Shown here piece by piece: positions 48,408 through 52,227 of a DNA stretch of 52,227 nucleotides. The DNA is from Vulcanimicrobiota bacterium (GTDB taxonomy: Bacteria > Vulcanimicrobiota > Vulcanimicrobiia > Vulcanimicrobiales > Vulcanimicrobiaceae): NCBI GenBank assembly GCA_003135555.1, contig PLCF01000056.1, forward strand, positions 173 to 52,399, written 5' to 3'. The notes below the pieces were generated by a model. That model saw nothing but the letters and a program-made list of their open reading frames with translations, ran no database searches and had not been told where the DNA came from. The stretch's first letter is position 1; every line of letters starts with the position of its first letter. Position numbers and translations under genes: made by a program.

Positions 48408-49729
48408 GCCGTCTCGCTCATCGCGCGCGCGACCGGGGCGGCCAGGATCTGCGGCGCCGCCGCATCGGCGAGGCCGACGGTTTCGTTGACGTTGAGGGTA
48501 CCGTCCACGATCTGCGCGGCGTTGACGACGAACAGGCCGTCGATCGAGGTGCGCACCGCCGGGAGGCGGTCGACGTAGTCCAGCGTGGGGAGCGGAAAGA
48601 CGTACGGGACGCGTGAGACGCCGAAGGCGAGGATCTCCTCGTCGCGCAGGTCCGGGTACATTCCGCGCAACCCGGCGACGAAACGTGCGCGCACGGCGGC
48701 GTCGTCGAGCCGCTGGAGCGGGTCGTCGGCGGGGCAATAGCGCGGCAGATACACGACGTGGCGGCCGCCGAATGCCGCCGGATCGACCAACGCCGTCATC
48801 TCGATCACGGCGCTGAACGGTACGGGGTCGCAGATGTTGGTGACGTAGTAGGGCGACAGCGCGCGGGTCAGCAGCAGCGACGCGCAGACGATCCCCTGAT
48901 ACTCCACGCCGCGCAAGCGCGCCAACTCCGGCTCCGACAGCGTCGAGCATAGCCGCGCCGCGAGCGGTGCGGGAGCGGTCACGATCACGCGGTCGAAGGC
49001 GTAGGACGCGTCGGCGGTGGAGACGCACAGCGCGCCGTTCGCAGCGGTGGCGACGGAACGCACCGGCGTACGCGTTTGCACGCTCACGCCGCGGCCGGCC
49101 AGCAGCTCGGCGAAGCGTCCCAGCACGACGGCGTAGCCGCCGCGCACGTACCCGAACCGCTCGCGGTCGAGCCCGCTGCGCCGGGCGGCGTACAACCGCG
49201 CCACGGTCGCACGGATGAACGACGCGGCAGCCCGCTCGTGCGCATCGCCGAGCTTGGCCTTGAGCAGCGGCAGCCAGATGCGTTCGTAGGTCTTGCGGCC
49301 CGACCACTTGCGCAGCCACGTGCCGACCGGAACGTGCGCGAGATCGCCGGCCGGGTCGTCGCGTGAGGCCCGCAAGATCGTCGCCGCGAGGCGCAGCTTG
49401 TCGAGCGGTCCGAGCGGCGGAAATAGCGCGAACTCCAACGCGTTGGAAAGCGAGAGCAGCCGCCCGTCGACGTAGAACCCGGTGCGCGTCGTCGACCAGA
49501 CCAGCTCGTCCTCGAGCCCCAGCTCGGCGACGAGCGCGCGGGTCGCGCGGTCGGAGAACAACGTGACGTGGTAGTGGCGGTCCCAGGTGATGTCGCCCAA
49601 GCGCCACGGCGCGGCGAGGCCGCCGATCTCGGGCGCCGCCTCGAAGACGGTAACGTCGTCGCCGGCGGCGCGCATGTGCAGCGCCAGCTTGAGCCCCAAC
49701 AGCCCGCCGCCGACGATCGCGCAACGCAC
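48404..49729 (-). CDS. FAD-dependent oxidoreductase (protoporphyrinogen/amine oxidase-like)
   Basis: AIVGGGLLGL..VFEA..IGGLA..WDRHYH. Confidence 0.88.
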   Translation of the reverse strand: MRCAIVGGGLLGLKLALHMRAAGDDVTVFEAAPEIGGLAAPWRLGDITWDRHYHVTLFSDRATRALVAELGLEDELVWSTTRTGFYVDGRLLSLSNALEFALFPPLGPLDKLRLAATILRASRDDPAGDLAHVPVGTWLRKWSGRKTYERIWLPLLKAKLGDAHERAAASFIRATVARLYAARRSGLDRERFGYVRGGYAVVLGRFAELLAGRGVSVQTRTPVRSVATAANGALCVSTADASYAFDRVIVTAPAPLAARLCSTLSEPELARLRGVEYQGIVCASLLLTRALSPYYVTNICDPVPFSAVIEMTALVDPAAFGGRHVVYLPRYCPADDPLQRLDDAAVRARFVAGLRGMYPDLRDEEILAFGVSRVPYVFPLPTLDYVDRLPAVRTSIDGLFVVNAAQIVDGTLNVNETVGLADAAAPQILAAPVARAMSETA

Positions 49730-49730
49730 G

Positions 49731-50336
49731 TTAGACGCGCTCCGTGACCGCGTCGACGAAGCGGCCCTCGCGCACGGCGAAGGGACGCCCGCAGGTGCCG
49801 CACGCGCCCTGCGCGTCGTCCGCGCCGCGCGCGACGGGCTCACCGCAGCGGCACACGAAGCCCAGCAGGCGCGCCGGGTTGCCGACCACCAGCGCGTGAT
49901 CGGGCACGTCGCGCGTGATCACCGCGCCCATCCCGACCATGGCGAAGGCGCCGATGGTGAGGTCGCAGCCGATGGTGCAGTTCGCGCCGATCGTCGCGCC
50001 GCGGCGGACCAACGTCGGCCGGGTGTGCTCGTCGATCGCCGATGAGCGCAGCGCGCGCACGTCGGGGTCGGTGGCGCGCGGAAAGCGGTCGTTGGTGAAC
50101 ACCGTATGCGCCGCGATCATGACACCGTCTTCGATGGTGACCGAGGAGCACACGTACACCGCGGCGTTCAGCTTGCAGAGATCGCCGATGCGCGCTTGCG
50201 GGGCAACGTAGGTCTTCTCACCGATGATGCAGTTCGCGCCGATCACCGCGCCGCGCCGGATGTGCGCGGCGTCCCAAACGGCCGTCCCCGCGCCGACGAT
50301 CGCGCCGTCCTCCACGATCGCGGTCGGATGGATCAT
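49731..50336 (-). CDS. Hexapeptide-repeat sugar N-acetyltransferase (WlbB/WbpD-like)
   Basis: IHPTAIVE.GA.VG.GT.VW, FTND..PR, GATIGAN, VVGNPAR..G..C.CG. Confidence 0.9.
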   Translation of the reverse strand: MIHPTAIVEDGAIVGAGTAVWDAAHIRRGAVIGANCIIGEKTYVAPQARIGDLCKLNAAVYVCSSVTIEDGVMIAAHTVFTNDRFPRATDPDVRALRSSAIDEHTRPTLVRRGATIGANCTIGCDLTIGAFAMVGMGAVITRDVPDHALVVGNPARLLGFVCRCGEPVARGADDAQGACGTCGRPFAVREGRFVDAVTERV

Positions 50337-51352
50337 GCCGCCGTGCCGGACCGCACCGCGGCGCACCGCGCCTCACGCACCGTGACCCAGCGATCCGCGC
50401 GCAGCGCCGCATAGGCGCTCTCGATGACGTGCACCGAGGCCAGCGCGTCGATCGGACCGATCGCCAACTCCTCGTCGCCGCGGATCGCGGCGGCGAAGTT
50501 CTCGTGCTGGGCGCGGAACGCGGCGACCTTGTCGTAACCCGTTCCGAACACGTGCCACTTGCCGTTGCCGGTGCGTACGCGCGAGGACGCCCAACCGACC
50601 TCGATGGTTCCGCGCGCCCCGTACAGCCGCACGAACGACGGGATCTCCTTGCGCAGGCTCCACGACAGGTCGATGATCCCCGTCGCCAGGCTGCGGGTGC
50701 GCACGGCGACGTGCACCGTGTCTTCAACGGTCAGCGGCTGGATGCGCTTGGCGGCGAAGGCACGGACCTCGTCGATGGGTCCGAGCAGGTAGCGAACCAG
50801 ATCGACGGAGTGGGTGCCGTTATCGATGAGCACGCCGCCACCGCTGATTTCGGGGTCGGCGTTCCAGCGTCCGGCCATGTCGACATACGACGCGAAGGTG
50901 TTCTCGAATGCGATGATCTCGCCGACCGCGCCGTCGGCGACGAGCCGGCGCGCGCGGCAGACGTCGGCGACGTAGCGAAACTTCGACGCCATCGTGAGCA
51001 GGCGGCCGGCCTTGGAGGCGGCGGTGAGCATGCGCTGCGCGCTGGCGTTGGTGATCGCGAACGGTTTCTCGCACAGCACGTGCAGCCCGCGCGCGAGCAG
51101 CGCCAACACCAGCGGCTCGTGAGTGACCGGCGGCGTGCAGACGATCGCCGCCGCGGCGTCGAGCGCGGCCGGCAGCTGGCCGACGTCGCGGTAGGCCGGG
51201 ACGCCGGCCTCGGCGGCGAGCTCGTGCGCGCGTTCGGGGCACGGGTCGACGACGGCGCGCAGCGCCACGTGCGGCGAGGCGAGGATCGCGTTGACGTGCG
51301 TGCGCGCGATCGCTCCCGCGCCGACTAGGACGATGCCGAGCGGGGCGTTCAC
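50333..51352 (-). CDS. Gfo/Idh/MocA oxidoreductase (WlbA/WbpB-like)
   Basis: VGAGAIA, CTPP..H, HVLCEKP, GGGVLIDNGTH.VD. Confidence 0.9.
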   Translation of the reverse strand: MNAPLGIVLVGAGAIARTHVNAILASPHVALRAVVDPCPERAHELAAEAGVPAYRDVGQLPAALDAAAAIVCTPPVTHEPLVLALLARGLHVLCEKPFAITNASAQRMLTAASKAGRLLTMASKFRYVADVCRARRLVADGAVGEIIAFENTFASYVDMAGRWNADPEISGGGVLIDNGTHSVDLVRYLLGPIDEVRAFAAKRIQPLTVEDTVHVAVRTRSLATGIIDLSWSLRKEIPSFVRLYGARGTIEVGWASSRVRTGNGKWHVFGTGYDKVAAFRAQHENFAAAIRGDEELAIGPIDALASVHVIESAYAALRADRWVTVREARCAAVRSGTAA

Positions 51353-52227
51353 GCGCGGAGCTCGCGGGTTGCGTCGAGGAGCGCGGCGGCGATGTAGTCG
51401 ACGTGCTCGGAAGTGTAGCGCTCGTTCCAGGGCAGCACCAGCACCTGCTCGAGCGCCTTGAAGGTCCCCGGGAACCGCGCGGGGTCGTAGTCCAGCGCGC
51501 TCGGATCGGCGAGCGTAAAGGGCCAGCCGCTGGTGCCGAAGGTGACCTGGTCGCGGATCACCGCACATTGGAACGCCGGCTTCTGAATGTAGCGCGGCGC
51601 GCTGGCGATCCCGCGTTCCTTGAGCTTGGCGCCCAAGGCGACGGCCCCGCCCGCGATCGCGGCGGGATCGACCATCACGATGTACTTCCAGTAGACGTGG
51701 GTCGCGTCGTCGGCAACGAGCGGCGGCGTGATCCCCGCGACGTCGCGCAGCCGTTGCGTCAGCACCGCGGCGGTCGCGCGGCGCGCATCGACGCAGCCGC
51801 GCAGCTTTGCGAGCTGCGCCAACCCGACCGCGCCTTGCAGCTCGGTGAGCCGATAGTTGAGCGCGAGGAAGTAGTGATCGGGCTGCGCGTCGCCGTAGCC
51901 CCAAGCCTTGTTCACGAACAGGAACACCCGCCGCGCGAGCGCGTCGTCGTTGGTCGCGACGAAGCCGCCCTCACCGGTGGTGATGTGCTTTCCTTGCTGC
52001 AGGCTGAAAGCCGCGATGTCGCCCCAGGTGCCGACCGTGCGGCCGCCGGCGGTCGCCAAGTAGGCCTGGGCGCAATCCTCGATGAGCATGATCCCGCGCT
52101 CGTCGGCGAGCGCGCGCAACCCGGCCACGTCGCAGGGGTTGCCGAACAGGTGCGTGGCGACGATCGCCCGCGTGCGCGGCGTGATCCGCGCGGCGACCGC
52201 GGCGGTGGTGACGTTGCACGTCTGCGG
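51349..52227 (-). CDS. DegT/DnrJ/EryC1/StrS PLP aminotransferase; 5' end outside the window
   Basis: THLFGNPCD, IEDCAQA, FSLQQGKHITTGEGG, NYRLTELQGAVG. Confidence 0.93.
   Translation of the reverse strand, partial: PQTCNVTTAAVAARITPRTRAIVATHLFGNPCDVAGLRALADERGIMLIEDCAQAYLATAGGRTVGTWGDIAAFSLQQGKHITTGEGGFVATNDDALARRVFLFVNKAWGYGDAQPDHYFLALNYRLTELQGAVGLAQLAKLRGCVDARRATAAVLTQRLRDVAGITPPLVADDATHVYWKYIVMVDPAAIAGGAVALGAKLKERGIASAPRYIQKPAFQCAVIRDQVTFGTSGWPFTLADPSALDYDPARFPGTFKALEQVLVLPWNERYTSEHVDYIAAALLDATRELRA

Overview
A high-GC bacterial chromosome segment from a diderm (TonB system present), resembling Vulcanimicrobiota/Eremiobacterota, though taxonomy cannot be verified here. The core-like stretches carry an ABC-F ATPase end, a BlaI/M56/TonB-receptor locus, a hidden UGA-recoded UGSC selenoprotein with its partner gene, tandem PAS-GGDEF-EAL genes, an M13 peptidase, a fully fused 2-oxoglutarate dehydrogenase (lipoyl-PSBD-E2-E1), tRNA-Leu(CAG) and an amino-sugar/polysaccharide cluster. 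Two visibly lower-GC accessory islands interrupt this. The first (~18.85-23.1 kb) holds an internally deleted IS1380, a Zn-finger ORF and a large GNAT-membrane fusion. The second (~30.1-36.6 kb) holds a complete qatABCD anti-phage system plus a convergent two-gene TIR-X / pYEATS-TIR operon, which is the best candidate for an undescribed defence system. Between the islands lies a rearranged zone with a duplicated higA and three copies of the M13 gene's palindromic 3' end. All calls come from reading motifs by eye; no database searches were run.
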